Source: a virus (lineage: Duplodnaviria > Caudoviricetes). From it: 55,163 nucleotides of DNA. Positions 37,564 to 47,542 of this stretch are shown here, one piece after another; the stretch's first letter is position 1; each line of letters starts with the position of its first letter. The translations under genes and the position numbers were made by a program. Below the pieces are notes generated by a model. The model had not been told where the DNA came from, made no database searches, and saw only the letters and a program-made list of their open reading frames with translations. The stretch covers positions 1 to 55,163 of the IMG/VR virus record IMGVR_UViG_3300021976_000002. One strand, 5' to 3'.

Positions 37564-37959
37564 ATGACCCAATACATCCTCATGCGGTTCGAGGACGACG
37601 AAGTTGCTCAGCAGATCGTCGACGCTCAGAAGATGGACGCCGATAGTAAGGGTGACTGGGACGGAGTAATCGTAGGACAGTATAAGATCCCTACCTTGTT
37701 CTGTGAATGCTCGACAGCCAAAGCTCAGGACCCCCATAACCGTGGTGCGAAGTATGGTTGGTTCCTTTGTCCTGACTGTGCTAAGCCTCGACGGTATCAC
37801 GGCCAGACTCCGATCAACATCCTGGATCCAGAAGTGGAAGCACAGGACCCTCACTACAAGGACCACGTGCTTCACATCTATCCCGAACAGAATGTAGGGA
37901 AGACCCGACGCAAGAAGGCCATTGCCTTGATCAATCAGAATGGTCAACGAGTAGACTGA
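37564..37959 (+). CDS. Zn-binding hypothetical protein
   Basis: PTLFCEC...GWFLCPDCAKP motif. Confidence 0.65.
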   Translation: MTQYILMRFEDDEVAQQIVDAQKMDADSKGDWDGVIVGQYKIPTLFCECSTAKAQDPHNRGAKYGWFLCPDCAKPRRYHGQTPINILDPEVEAQDPHYKDHVLHIYPEQNVGKTRRKKAIALINQNGQRVD

Positions 37960-38029
37960 ACATAAGGCCTCATGTTCTCTGGGAAAAGATAGTTGTGTTC
38001 CCAATGAGGCTTATAATAGAATAGATAGA

Positions 38030-38200
38030 AGAAGTACAGATGCGGAAGGCACGGCTGGATGGTTGGCCGGAAAGCGTAGTGTCACCGCATCGGCATTACG
38101 TGAGTAGGTGGGACCGCATCAGTACTTCTACCCCCACTCGGTCTAGTACTAGGTAAGAGATTTAGTCCTGGTAGAAGAGTACTAATGGGACGGTCCGCCG
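38030..38200 (+). ncRNA. Structured leader RNA of the recombination/replication operon
   Basis: Follows TATAAT at 38012-38017. Nested stems, a GAAA/GAGTA internal loop and alternative pairings. Confidence 0.55.
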
Positions 38201-38246
38201 GGTGGCCCTTAACTTTAAATGAACCACAGGTGCAGGAGAGAATAGA

Positions 38247-39515
38247 ATGACGCTTACGGTTGACGAGTGCATCAAGCTTAAGCTCGTGCATGAGGTGCAC
38301 ACATCGGAGCGTCGTTCATTCAGAGCTTGCCGCCGCCGTTGGGACTGGCACTTTCGCCACGCGTACTATCCGCTCGTGACTGCTAAGCCACTTGAGTTCG
38401 GAGTCGCGTACCACAATGCGATGGAGATGCTGTACGATCCCGATAGCTGGAAGTGGACTACCGAGGCCAAGCTTAAGAGGGCACTCACCGCCTTTGACCA
38501 GACCTGTGAGAAGCAGTTGGCGAAGGCGCTTGAAGTCCAGGACAGGATAACACTCGACACGGAGATCCAAGAGGACTACAACGAGCGTGTCGAACTTGGT
38601 CGAGGAATGATCAGGTACTACGCCACTGAGGTTAGTCCTAAGCTGGACATTGGCTGGAAGCCAGTGCGCGTCGAGATCGCCTTCATGGTTCCTGTTCCTC
38701 ATCCTGACACAGGCAAGACGATCACTTGTTACTGTGACAACTGCTATGCCAAGTGGCTCAAGTCCGACTATGCTAAGGCAGAGCTTGCAGCGTGCGCGGA
38801 CTACAATCACGACCATGATGAGATCGAGAACCGTCAAGGACACTTTCACGGACTCCCTGTGGTGTATGCTGGTCGCATTGACATGTTAGCCAAGGATGAC
38901 AACGGTGCCCTGTGGATCTTCGACTGGAAGACTGCAGCGAGCATTCCGGACAACCACGAGTTCCTATTCTTGGACGACCAGATCAGTTCCTATGTCTGGG
39001 CTCTTGTCGTCGGACTCGGGTTGAAGGTACGAGGCTTTGTCTACCACGAGCAGCGTAAGGGATTCCCCGGAGCACCCAAGGAGAACAAGCATCGCCGACT
39101 TGGTCGTCTGTTCTCGGTGGCAGCGAATCAAGATACGGACTACGACACCTATCTGTCTACGGTAAAGGAACACGACACCGAAGCCTATGACGAAGGTTTG
39201 TATGATGAGTTCCTCCACTTCCTTCGTGAAGAGGGCATCACCTATTACCACCGCGAGAAGGTATACAAGAGCTTTGAGGAGCTCCAGGAAGTCGGCTACA
39301 ACATTGGCCTTGAAGTACTGGACATGATCGATCCTCAGCTTCGCATTTACCCTTCCGCTGGACGTTTCGGTTGTAGCTTCTGTGCTTTCCAACAGCCATG
39401 CCGAGAGAAGAACTCTAAGGGCGACTATCAGTATGCTCTCGATACGATGTACGAGCAGAAAGAGCATTACTATGTTCGTACAGAAGCTTCGACAGAATCG
39501 AAGGGCGGAGAGTAG
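38247..39515 (+). CDS. PD-(D/E)XK exonuclease (Cas4/RecB-like)
   Basis: N-terminal CRRRW, GRIDML...DWKT, QISSY and C-terminal C..C.F...C motifs. Confidence 0.85.
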   Translation: MTLTVDECIKLKLVHEVHTSERRSFRACRRRWDWHFRHAYYPLVTAKPLEFGVAYHNAMEMLYDPDSWKWTTEAKLKRALTAFDQTCEKQLAKALEVQDRITLDTEIQEDYNERVELGRGMIRYYATEVSPKLDIGWKPVRVEIAFMVPVPHPDTGKTITCYCDNCYAKWLKSDYAKAELAACADYNHDHDEIENRQGHFHGLPVVYAGRIDMLAKDDNGALWIFDWKTAASIPDNHEFLFLDDQISSYVWALVVGLGLKVRGFVYHEQRKGFPGAPKENKHRRLGRLFSVAANQDTDYDTYLSTVKEHDTEAYDEGLYDEFLHFLREEGITYYHREKVYKSFEELQEVGYNIGLEVLDMIDPQLRIYPSAGRFGCSFCAFQQPCREKNSKGDYQYALDTMYEQKEHYYVRTEASTESKGGE

Positions 39516-39516
39516 C

Positions 39517-39756
39517 ATGGCTTGCTCTATCACCGGCACCGCTGTGATCCGTAACATTGAGGACCCCAAGACAGGCGAATGGATCATCGAGTGGAGGCAG
39601 ACCGATCCCGAGATCCATGTACACACAGAGTTGATCTCGAACGCCAAGGTCTTAGCCCACCTTGAGGAGCGGTACAAGGTCGGCGAACACTGCCCTCATG
39701 ATCCATTCACTCTACACGCGAGACTCTTAGAGCTTGAGCTAGAGGATAACACCTAG
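39517..39756 (+). CDS. Hypothetical protein
   Basis: GGAG RBS; packed after the nuclease. Confidence 0.5.
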   Translation: MACSITGTAVIRNIEDPKTGEWIIEWRQTDPEIHVHTELISNAKVLAHLEERYKVGEHCPHDPFTLHARLLELELEDNT

Positions 39757-39766
39757 CTCAGACAAG

Positions 39767-39865
39767 CTCTCTGCGAGTCTAACAGGAGAAGTCATCAGTG
39801 TGCGCGGAGCTGTTACCCGTTGAGGCACAAGCGCTGTAGACTCGCAGAGAGACCCACTACAGACA
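39767..39865. repeat. Intergenic element D: 15-bp perfect inverted repeat
   Basis: CTCTCTGCGAGTCTA (39767-39781) and TAGACTCGCAGAGAG (39837-39851). Confidence 0.8.
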
Positions 39866-39882
39866 TCTAGTACGGAGAGGAG

Positions 39883-40671
39883 GTGATTGCGATCGCGACA
39901 GCAACATTGGCCCCCAAGACGCTGGGAGGTCTTCCAGTGCAGGAGGTTCAGCAGCGGAGTGCCTACTTCAACATCTTGATCTATGGCGACTCTGGTACAG
40001 GCAAGACTACACTGGCAGGCTCAGCCGACGAAGTTCCGAACATGCGTCCAGTTCTCTTTGTGGACATCGAGGGAGGAACAGAGTCACTGCGTCACAGCTA
40101 TCCCAGTGTAGAGACTGTCCGTGTCACCAGCTGGAAGGAGATGCAGCAGGTGTACGACGTTCTTCATTCAGGCGACCATGAGTACAAGACTGTGGTGCTT
40201 GACTCGCTCTCTGAAATCCAGAAGTTCAACATGTACACTATCATGAACGACTTGACTCAGAAGCGACCTGACCTCGACCCAGATGTTCCGGGTATGAGGG
40301 AGTGGGGGAAGAACCTCGAACAGATGAGGAAGTTCGTCCGCGCGTTCCGAGACTTGGAGATGCACACTATCTTCACGGCTCTGAATATGACTGACAAGGA
40401 CCAGAAGACTGGCCTGACAACCATGAAGCCTATGCTGTCGGGAAAGCTGGCTAACGAAGTAGCAGCGTTCCTAGACATCGTGGCGTACTATTACGTCAAG
40501 CAGATTGGCTCAGGCGAGGACGCTGAGTTCAGACGTCTCCTGCTTACTCAGAAGACCGATGCGCAGGTGGCCAAAGATCGATCGGGACTACTCCCGATGA
40601 TCGTGGAAGACCCAACGATGAAATCCCTTCATCAGCTAATGACTACAGCAAAGGAAAAAGTAAATGGCTGA
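39883..40671 (+). CDS. AAA_24 / Sak4-like ATPase (ssDNA annealing)
   Basis: IYGDSGTGKTT, FVDIEGG, VVLDSL and AKDR motifs. Confidence 0.85.
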   Translation: MIAIATATLAPKTLGGLPVQEVQQRSAYFNILIYGDSGTGKTTLAGSADEVPNMRPVLFVDIEGGTESLRHSYPSVETVRVTSWKEMQQVYDVLHSGDHEYKTVVLDSLSEIQKFNMYTIMNDLTQKRPDLDPDVPGMREWGKNLEQMRKFVRAFRDLEMHTIFTALNMTDKDQKTGLTTMKPMLSGKLANEVAAFLDIVAYYYVKQIGSGEDAEFRRLLLTQKTDAQVAKDRSGLLPMIVEDPTMKSLHQLMTTAKEKVNG

Positions 40672-41152
40672 CAGCAAGCTCAAGCTTAACTTCAGCAGTG
40701 AAGAGGCCTCCTCGGAGGCGATGGACTTCGACCCGATTCCCACTGGGAAGTACTGGGTGAAGATCACTGAGGTCGAGGACCGTGAATGCGGACCTCAGTC
40801 CAAGAACCCTGGCAAGCCCTACTGGAACGTGGAGCTCACGGTTCAGGATGGCGACTACGAGCTTCGTAAGCTCTGGGCCAACGTCATGCTGTTCGAGGGT
40901 GCTCTGTACTCCCTCTCGCAGTTGGTGAAGGCTCTGGGATACGATGTCAACAACTCGAAGGGCTTCACCGTTCCTGACGGCGAGGAGCTCGTTGGCAAGG
41001 ACCTGATCGTCTCGGTCCGCAAGCAGCTCGACGTGTACAAGATGGAACAGGAAGCCAGCGAGGACAACATCTACAAGAACGAGGTGAAGGGCTTCAAGCC
41101 CTACAGCCCCGAAGCAGTGGGTGGCTCCAAGGACGGCTCGCTCCTTCCGTAA
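40664..41152 (+). CDS. ssDNA-binding protein (DUF669-like)
   Basis: DPIPTGKYWVKI...NEVKGF motif; follows the Sak4-like gene. Confidence 0.8.
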   Translation: MADSKLKLNFSSEEASSEAMDFDPIPTGKYWVKITEVEDRECGPQSKNPGKPYWNVELTVQDGDYELRKLWANVMLFEGALYSLSQLVKALGYDVNNSKGFTVPDGEELVGKDLIVSVRKQLDVYKMEQEASEDNIYKNEVKGFKPYSPEAVGGSKDGSLLP

Positions 41153-41165
41153 CATCCACTAGGCT

Positions 41166-41270
41166 GGGTAAGGCCCACCGAGGTTACTCGCAAGGCTGTG
41201 ATCCGTTTCCCGGGGCGGTTAGCCTGTAGCGGTGCTCTTAGTGAAGCGTGGGCCTTACCCTTCTATTTAT
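41166..41270 (+). promoter_or_regulatory. Multi-branch RNA structure closed by a 13-bp stem, with a U-rich tail
   Basis: GGGTAAGGCCCAC (41166-41178) and GTGGGCCTTACCC (41248-41260), followed by TTCTATTTAT. Confidence 0.6.
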
Positions 41271-41281
41271 GGGGAGAGACA

Positions 41282-43480
41282 TTGACAGGCATTGGTTCGC
41301 CGGAGGAGAACAAGAGGCTCCGTGGAGTCTTCTTCGACTCCATTTTCGGCAAGCACAATGGCTGGGTATGTCTTGCCTTTCTACCCGCAGCTGACCGTAA
41401 GAAGTTCCGAGAAGAGTATTACCGTTACCCCGAAGAGACGTCTCAGATGCTGGACGCTGTTGAGGCTAACCTCTCGGGCAACAATATCTATTTCTGTCCT
41501 CAGCTCCTGAGTGAGAAGCGTAGACAAAAGCAATACGTTTCATCCACTCCGAACCTCTGGTCGGACTTGGACTTCTGTGAACCAGCTAACCTCCTTGTCG
41601 AGCCGACAGTAACTATAGAGTCCTCCCCAGATAGGTACCAAGCGTACTGGGTGCTCGACAAGGTCGTTGATGTAGACGATGCGGAAGATCTTAGCAAGCG
41701 CATTGCCTACAAGCATGCTGATCAGGGTGCGGATAGAACAGGCTGGGACCTTACCCAGCTATTGCGAGTTCCACTTACGTACAACTACAAGTACAACAAG
41801 CTAGCCCCTCCGGTAGTGAAGACTATCAACTTCAACCGGACACGATATAGAATAAGCGACTTCGAAGAATACCCCAAGGTCGAAGGGTATGCCTACGTCG
41901 ATGTTGAGATGCCTGACATATCAGAGTATCCCAACGCAGATGAATTGCTCGACAGACGTAGGCTTCAACTCAACCCCAGGGTCTGGCATTCGTATAGTGA
42001 AGAGCCTGCAGAGGACTGGAGCGGTGTCCTTTGGAACCTCCACCTGATGCTACTCGAAGCTGGCTACGATCGCAATGAGACATTCATCATTGTACGAGAA
42101 GCCAAGTGCAACAAGTATGTTAGAGATGGCAAGTCTGAAAAGCTCCTGTGGAAAGAAGTTGTTAGAGCCGATACTAAGAATGAGTTGAACCTAAGACTCA
42201 TTGCTGGCATTGGTGACAACGAAGATTCACAACCACTTCTTTCCGACAAGGAAAGGTCTAAGCTCGAACGAGACCCAGACACCTTCATTGAACGGTTCCA
42301 ACAGTGGGCGCGGTCCCTAGGTGATGCAGCACCACAGTACCACCAGGCCGGAGCTTTCGTGGCACTGTCATCTCTACTCGCAGGTGCGGTACGATTGCCA
42401 ACATCATTCGGTACGATCATCCCCAACCTGTGGTTTATGATCCTGGCAGACACAACTCTTACCAGGAAGTCGACTGCGATGGACATTGCTATCGACATGG
42501 TGATGGAGATCGACCCGGACTCAATGTTGGCTACTGATGGATCTCTAGAGGGTTTGTTGACAGCATTGTCAATGAGGCCCGGCAAGCCATCTATCTTCCT
42601 GCGAGACGAGTTCTCTGGACTGCTTGAGATGATCACTAAGAAGGACTACTACTCAGGCATGCCGGAGCTACTCACTAAGCTGTACGATGGTAAGATGCAG
42701 AAGAGGATCTTGCGCAAGGAGACCATTGAAGTCCGAGAGCCCATCCTGATCTTCTTCGCAGGTGGTATCAAGGACAAGATCACTGGACTGCTAACGCATG
42801 AGCACGTCAGCTCTGGCTTCATGCCTAGGTTCGTATTCATCACAGCTGAATCGGACATCAACAGGCTGAAGCCGATCGGCCCCCCAACGGCAACCACCAC
42901 AGGGTCTGGGGATGCCATCCGCAATGAGTTGATGGACATCTTCTCGTACTACCGTAAGCCAATACACATGACAGTTCAGAAGACAGCAGCCGTGCTAGAC
43001 GAGCCTATGAAGTTCGAGGCAGAGCTAACTGGGGATGCTTGGGTCAGGTACAACATCCTGGAATCGGATATGCTGTCCGCTGGGCTCGCTATGGAGAAGC
43101 CCGACATGATGACTCCTACCTACGACAGGCTCAGCAAGTCCATTCTCAAGGCTGCCATTCTTCTTTCGGCAGCACGGCAGCGTAGTGAGAAGTTGGTCGT
43201 GGAAGAGATCGATATCATTCGGGCTATTAGCTACGGAGAGCAATGGCGCACGCATGCCAATGAGGTCATGATCAATGTTGGGAAGGGTACCTACGAGAGG
43301 CAACTGGATACTATTGTCCGAGCCATTGAGAGGACACCAGGTGTTACTCGTTCGAAAATCATGCAGTGGTACCATCTCAGCTCGCGCTCTGCATCCGAAA
43401 TGTTCGACACGCTAGAGCAGCGCGGTGCTATCAAACGCATTCGCGCTGGCAGAACCGAAACGTTCCACTCACTACGCTAG
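41282..43480 (+). CDS. Primase-helicase (RepB/AEP-like primase plus DUF3987-like P-loop domain)
   Basis: LWSDLD, ESSPDRYQAYW, LLRVP; TRKST, LRDEF, LTKLYDG and SGFMPRF. TTG start after GGGGAG. Confidence 0.85.
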   Translation: MTGIGSPEENKRLRGVFFDSIFGKHNGWVCLAFLPAADRKKFREEYYRYPEETSQMLDAVEANLSGNNIYFCPQLLSEKRRQKQYVSSTPNLWSDLDFCEPANLLVEPTVTIESSPDRYQAYWVLDKVVDVDDAEDLSKRIAYKHADQGADRTGWDLTQLLRVPLTYNYKYNKLAPPVVKTINFNRTRYRISDFEEYPKVEGYAYVDVEMPDISEYPNADELLDRRRLQLNPRVWHSYSEEPAEDWSGVLWNLHLMLLEAGYDRNETFIIVREAKCNKYVRDGKSEKLLWKEVVRADTKNELNLRLIAGIGDNEDSQPLLSDKERSKLERDPDTFIERFQQWARSLGDAAPQYHQAGAFVALSSLLAGAVRLPTSFGTIIPNLWFMILADTTLTRKSTAMDIAIDMVMEIDPDSMLATDGSLEGLLTALSMRPGKPSIFLRDEFSGLLEMITKKDYYSGMPELLTKLYDGKMQKRILRKETIEVREPILIFFAGGIKDKITGLLTHEHVSSGFMPRFVFITAESDINRLKPIGPPTATTTGSGDAIRNELMDIFSYYRKPIHMTVQKTAAVLDEPMKFEAELTGDAWVRYNILESDMLSAGLAMEKPDMMTPTYDRLSKSILKAAILLSAARQRSEKLVVEEIDIIRAISYGEQWRTHANEVMINVGKGTYERQLDTIVRAIERTPGVTRSKIMQWYHLSSRSASEMFDTLEQRGAIKRIRAGRTETFHSLR

Positions 43481-43491
43481 GAGTATTCCCC

Positions 43492-44256
43492 ATGACTGTA
43501 CCTCAGAAGCTTGTCGTCGTTCTCTCTGGAGGACTGGACAGTACTACTCTCCTGTACGATGCGGTGGCTCAAGGCGCCGATGTTGTTCGGGCCGTCAGCT
43601 TCAACTACGGACAGAGGCACAAGAAGGAATTGGACTACGCTAAGCAGTCCGCAGAGAAGCTCAGCATCAAGCACACCGTTATCGACCTGTGGTCGTCGGG
43701 TCTGACTGAGGCGTTTTCCAATTCGGAAAGCTCGCTGGTCACGGACACCGATGTGCCTGAGGGACACTACGGCGAGGAGTCGATGAAGGCTACTGTCGTT
43801 CCCAACCGCAACATGATCATGCTCAGCATCGCAGGTGGCATTGCCGTAGCTGATGGTGCCAATGCCGTCGCTACTGGTGTGCATGCTGGCGACCACTTCA
43901 TTTACCCTGACTGCCGACCTGCATTCATTAGCACAGCCGCCTCGGCCTTGGCTCTAGGCAACGATGGCTTCGGCTCTCTCGACGTGGCTCCCATCTTCAC
44001 GCCGTACATCTTCCGGAGCAAGAACGATATTGCCTTCCGGGCTATCGAGTTGGACGTTCCTCTTCACGAGACTTGGTCTTGCTACAACGGACGAGAGAAC
44101 CATTGCGGGCGATGCGGCACTTGTGTCGAGCGCTTGGAGTCCATTGACTGGGCGGTCAACAAGTTCCTGGACGAGTACAATGTTGAGGTCGAGGATCACA
44201 CCATGTACGAGGACGACGCGTACTGGCGAGAGGCTCTCAAGAGGGAGACGGTCTAA
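43492..44256 (+). CDS. queC: 7-cyano-7-deazaguanine synthase
   Basis: LSGGLDST, FNYGQRH, VPNRN, YPDCR and TWSCY...HCGRCGTC motifs. Confidence 0.95.
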   Translation: MTVPQKLVVVLSGGLDSTTLLYDAVAQGADVVRAVSFNYGQRHKKELDYAKQSAEKLSIKHTVIDLWSSGLTEAFSNSESSLVTDTDVPEGHYGEESMKATVVPNRNMIMLSIAGGIAVADGANAVATGVHAGDHFIYPDCRPAFISTAASALALGNDGFGSLDVAPIFTPYIFRSKNDIAFRAIELDVPLHETWSCYNGRENHCGRCGTCVERLESIDWAVNKFLDEYNVEVEDHTMYEDDAYWREALKRETV

Positions 44257-44769
44257 ATGATCGTAGCTGTCAAGCACAACTTCGAGACGGCACATCGTCT
44301 ACCTTTCCTCGAAGGCAAGTGCCAGAGCATCCACGGTCACTCGTGGTGGGTGGAGTGGCAATTCGAGAAGCCAGTTGACTCCAACGGTCTGACTGTTGAG
44401 TACGGAACGATGAAGCGTCACCTCCGGGATTGGGTTGACACCTATCTCGACCACGGAACAATGCTTGGCATTAACGATCCTTTGTGGCAAGCATTCAAGG
44501 ATGATATTGGCTGTAAGCTCTTCACCTTCGGAGCCTCTAGCAAAGAGTTCATGAGCACTGCTGACCATAAGTGGCCTACAGTAGAAGCTGTCGCTCAGCT
44601 TCTAGCAAATGTAGGCGAAGGGCTTATTGGAGAAGCTCAGATCGTCAGAGTCGAAGTTCAAGAGACGCATGTCAACAAAGCTATCTGGACACCAACTGAG
44701 AACGACATCGAGTATCAGAGGAGAGTTCGTGAACCCGCTCAAGACACTTTCGGGCAACGATCGAAGTGA
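44257..44769 (+). CDS. queD: 6-carboxy-5,6,7,8-tetrahydropterin synthase
   Basis: FETAHRL, CQSIHGHSW, LDH, PTVE and VQET motifs. Confidence 0.93.
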   Translation: MIVAVKHNFETAHRLPFLEGKCQSIHGHSWWVEWQFEKPVDSNGLTVEYGTMKRHLRDWVDTYLDHGTMLGINDPLWQAFKDDIGCKLFTFGASSKEFMSTADHKWPTVEAVAQLLANVGEGLIGEAQIVRVEVQETHVNKAIWTPTENDIEYQRRVREPAQDTFGQRSK

Positions 44770-44920
44770 AGAGCCTGACTCGTTGTACCAACTGTACACG
44801 ATGCATGGGCTAAGGGACGGCAAGCATGTCTATGCTGGAACGGTTACTCGTAGCGACCGTGACCGACGCCGCGCAAAGAATCGGGTGGCTAAGAAGTCCA
44901 GGAAGAGGAACCGTGGCTGA
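44729..44920 (+). CDS. Small basic protein
   Basis: GAGGAG RBS before GTG; HVYAGTV...RRRAKNRVAKKSRKRNR. Confidence 0.5.
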   Translation: MNPLKTLSGNDRSEEPDSLYQLYTMHGLRDGKHVYAGTVTRSDRDRRRAKNRVAKKSRKRNRG

Positions 44921-45290
44921 CCCATACCTCGAGGGTAAGGTCTCCGACTCTATCTCTGGAGGCCTCGGAGTGACTGACACCGAGTACACTCTCGATGCCA
45001 ATGATCCGTTCGAGTCGAAGCTGATCGAGATGGTCAAGCTCAATCGAATGAAGCGAGCTGACTACGCTGGCGACGAAGATCCTTGGCAGAACTTTGTTGA
45101 CAGTGCTATTCAAGTCAACGATACACCAGGCAAGTCTGTCGAGACGTTGATCGCTACCAAGCAGGCTCGACTTCGGCAGCTTCTGTTCACTGGTCGCGCA
45201 CCCAAGAATGAAGCCGTGCGCGACACAGTCCTCGACCGTGCAGTGTATTCTGTCATTGCCCTTTCGATCTACGACCGAGGAGACTACTGA
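44913..45290 (+). CDS. Nucleotide-modification-associated domain 1 (Nmad1/DUF1599-like) protein
   Basis: KRADYA...NF...KQARL...EAVRDTVLDRAVY pattern. Confidence 0.7.
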   Translation: MADPYLEGKVSDSISGGLGVTDTEYTLDANDPFESKLIEMVKLNRMKRADYAGDEDPWQNFVDSAIQVNDTPGKSVETLIATKQARLRQLLFTGRAPKNEAVRDTVLDRAVYSVIALSIYDRGDY

Positions 45291-45535
45291 TGAGTGAGCC
45301 CAACGAACCGCTTGACCCCGAAGAGGGTGTGACTCCAGAAGGGGTTATCACCGACAATGACTTCGCATTCGGATCTAACGGAATAACTCTAGCTCCTCTC
45401 ATTCCAGTCCGTATCGAGACTAAGCAGCAGGCCTATCGAGCCGGCATCTGGATCAAGCTTATGGGTGAGTTTCTTCCTGACGAGCCAGTCGCCTCGACCT
45501 GGGAAGAGATCCAGAACGCGATTGAGGGGACCTGA
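45290..45535 (+). CDS. Acidic hypothetical protein
   Basis: Translationally coupled on both sides. Confidence 0.6.
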   Translation: MSEPNEPLDPEEGVTPEGVITDNDFAFGSNGITLAPLIPVRIETKQQAYRAGIWIKLMGEFLPDEPVASTWEEIQNAIEGT

Positions 45536-46242
45536 TGGTTGTACGAGTGAGTGAGGTCTACCTGAGTGTGCAGGGTGAAGGGCCTCGAGCTGGTCAGCGT
45601 ACGGTGTTCGTCCGATTCGGTGGATGCAACCTTCGTTGCCCCGGATGGCCCTGTGACACTCAGCACGCGATTGATCCGGCTCTTTATCGTAACGAGTGGA
45701 TCAAGACTGAGCCTGCAGACCTCGTTGAACAGATCGACAAGGTAGCAGAGAAGACCCTGAGTACTGCGATCTGCTTCACGGGCGGTGAGCCATTCCTTCA
45801 GCACCACCCCGACCTGGCTGAGGTCATGGATGGCTTGATGGTTCGAGGCTACGGAACGTATGAGTGCTTCAGCAATGGGACTATCTTGTACCCTGAATGG
45901 GCTACTCGTGAGTTGTCCTTTATCATGGACTGGAAGCTCCCAGGCTCTGGAGAGAACCATCTCAACCCAGTACGCCTGAAGAACTTGTCGAACCTTAAGG
46001 TCAAGGATGCTGTCAAGTTCGTTATCAAGGATCGAAATGACTTCGAGGTAGCCAAGGAACTGTACCTTAGGTACATCGAACGGATCCCGAATGCGTGGCG
46101 CCCTCGTACCTACTACGGTGTGGTGTGGGGAGCTATGGAGAACTCCGAACTCATCGAATGGGTTCTGGACGCCAAGCTTCCATGGTGGATAAATGTGCAA
46201 GTGCATAATTATATTTGGTCCAGGGATCAGAGAGGCATTTGA
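45535..46242 (+). CDS. queE: 7-carboxy-7-deazaguanine synthase (radical SAM)
   Basis: SVQGEG, FVRFGGCNLRC.GWPCDT, TGGEPF, KLPGSG and QVH motifs. Confidence 0.95.
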   Translation: MVVRVSEVYLSVQGEGPRAGQRTVFVRFGGCNLRCPGWPCDTQHAIDPALYRNEWIKTEPADLVEQIDKVAEKTLSTAICFTGGEPFLQHHPDLAEVMDGLMVRGYGTYECFSNGTILYPEWATRELSFIMDWKLPGSGENHLNPVRLKNLSNLKVKDAVKFVIKDRNDFEVAKELYLRYIERIPNAWRPRTYYGVVWGAMENSELIEWVLDAKLPWWINVQVHNYIWSRDQRGI

Positions 46243-46243
46243 T

Positions 46244-46822
46244 ATGCTCGAGCAGGACGCTTTGTTCGGTACGTACACTCCTGAGGGGCATGCACTCGAA
46301 ATCTTTTCCTCTTTGGAAGCTTGGGAAAGAACGAACGAGAACCACAGGGAGGATACACCAGTACGTTTCATCAATGCCCTCCGCCAGCTGACTGAACGGG
46401 AGGAGTTCAACTTCACTACGTTCGACAACGATGGCATCGACGAGATGATCACGCTTGGGCCAATTCCCTTCTACACGTTGTGTGCCCATCATGTGGTTCC
46501 CTTCTACGGCAACGCCTGGGTTGGCTACGTGCCAGATGGACGCATCGCCGGCCTGAGCAAGTTCGCTCGCGCTGTCAAGTATGTGGCGAAGGGCTTCTGG
46601 GTTCAGGAGGAGCTCACTCGAGAGCTGGCCGACTTCCTCGAGCACAAGCTGGAGCCCAAGGGCGTAGCCATCGTGATGAAGGCTGAGCACATGTGCATGG
46701 CAATGCGAGGCGTGCAGCAGCCAGGTGTGATCACTACGACATCGACCATGCGGGGTGTGTTCGCAGACCACTCTCGCACAGCGAAGGCAGAGTTCCTTCA
46801 CAATGTGAATGGAGCACACTGA
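46244..46822 (+). CDS. folE: GTP cyclohydrolase I
   Basis: DTPVR, LCAHHVVPF, GLSKFAR, VQE and AEHMCMAMRGV motifs. Confidence 0.95.
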   Translation: MLEQDALFGTYTPEGHALEIFSSLEAWERTNENHREDTPVRFINALRQLTEREEFNFTTFDNDGIDEMITLGPIPFYTLCAHHVVPFYGNAWVGYVPDGRIAGLSKFARAVKYVAKGFWVQEELTRELADFLEHKLEPKGVAIVMKAEHMCMAMRGVQQPGVITTTSTMRGVFADHSRTAKAEFLHNVNGAH

Positions 46823-47229
46823 TGAGCTACGCAGCTGACAGCAATGGCGAACGTGTTTACTTCGAACGGGAACTAAGTGTAACAGACTCCCGCGAACAGC
46901 TTTATCACCTGGCCAAGCAGTGCCTCGAGGACAGTGAACGTTGGTTCGGAGACAGTGGTAAGGTGCATGACCTTCCTCATCATGGACTAGGCCTTGGAGG
47001 TGAGACAGGCGAAGTCCTAGAGATCATTAAGAAGATCGATCGCGGCTCTTTAGATCTCAGCGATCCGAACGTTGAAGAAGCATTGGCTTTGGAACTGACG
47101 GACGTTCTAATCTATGTTCTGAACCTCGCAGCCATTCTTAACATTGACCTGCAACAAACTTACAACCAGAAGCGTAGCATCAATGAAGACCGCTTCATGA
47201 GACAACGACGGGAACGGGAGAGTCGATGA
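46822..47229 (+). CDS. MazG-like nucleotide pyrophosphohydrolase
   Basis: GLGGETGEVLEIIKK...LELTDVLIY: paired ExxE/ExxD motifs. Confidence 0.85.
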   Translation: MSYAADSNGERVYFERELSVTDSREQLYHLAKQCLEDSERWFGDSGKVHDLPHHGLGLGGETGEVLEIIKKIDRGSLDLSDPNVEEALALELTDVLIYVLNLAAILNIDLQQTYNQKRSINEDRFMRQRRERESR

Positions 47230-47540
47230 CTGACGCTAAGGTTCGAATCAGTGGCTCCAAGGTCTGGTTCGATCAGAAGGAAGTTACCAAGGAAGACATC
47301 GACAGGTTCGGTGACGGCTTCGAGACTCTCCGGCACATCCGGTACGTTAAGGGTGCAGAGGAGTATGGCGACCTGACCTTCCTCGACAACGACATCATCC
47401 GAATGATGGCCGAGGAGCTTGCTGACACCGCCAACTACTGCAAGATGCAATTCATCAAGCTCATGCTCCTGAAGCGTGAACTCGACAAGCAGTACCCGAG
47501 CGACCAGGACTTCAACGGGACTAAGAGGGGATGGGAGTAG
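47226..47540 (+). CDS. All-alpha NTP-pyrophosphatase-like protein
   Basis: R..KG..EYG...EELADTANY pattern. Confidence 0.55.
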   Translation: MTDAKVRISGSKVWFDQKEVTKEDIDRFGDGFETLRHIRYVKGAEEYGDLTFLDNDIIRMMAEELADTANYCKMQFIKLMLLKRELDKQYPSDQDFNGTKRGWE

Positions 47541-47542
47541 AC

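Noticed and set aside
38247-39515. Cas4-like nuclease as part of a CRISPR system
   Set aside because: No repeat-spacer array or other cas genes were seen. The context (Sak4-like ATPase, SSB) indicates a recombination exonuclease.
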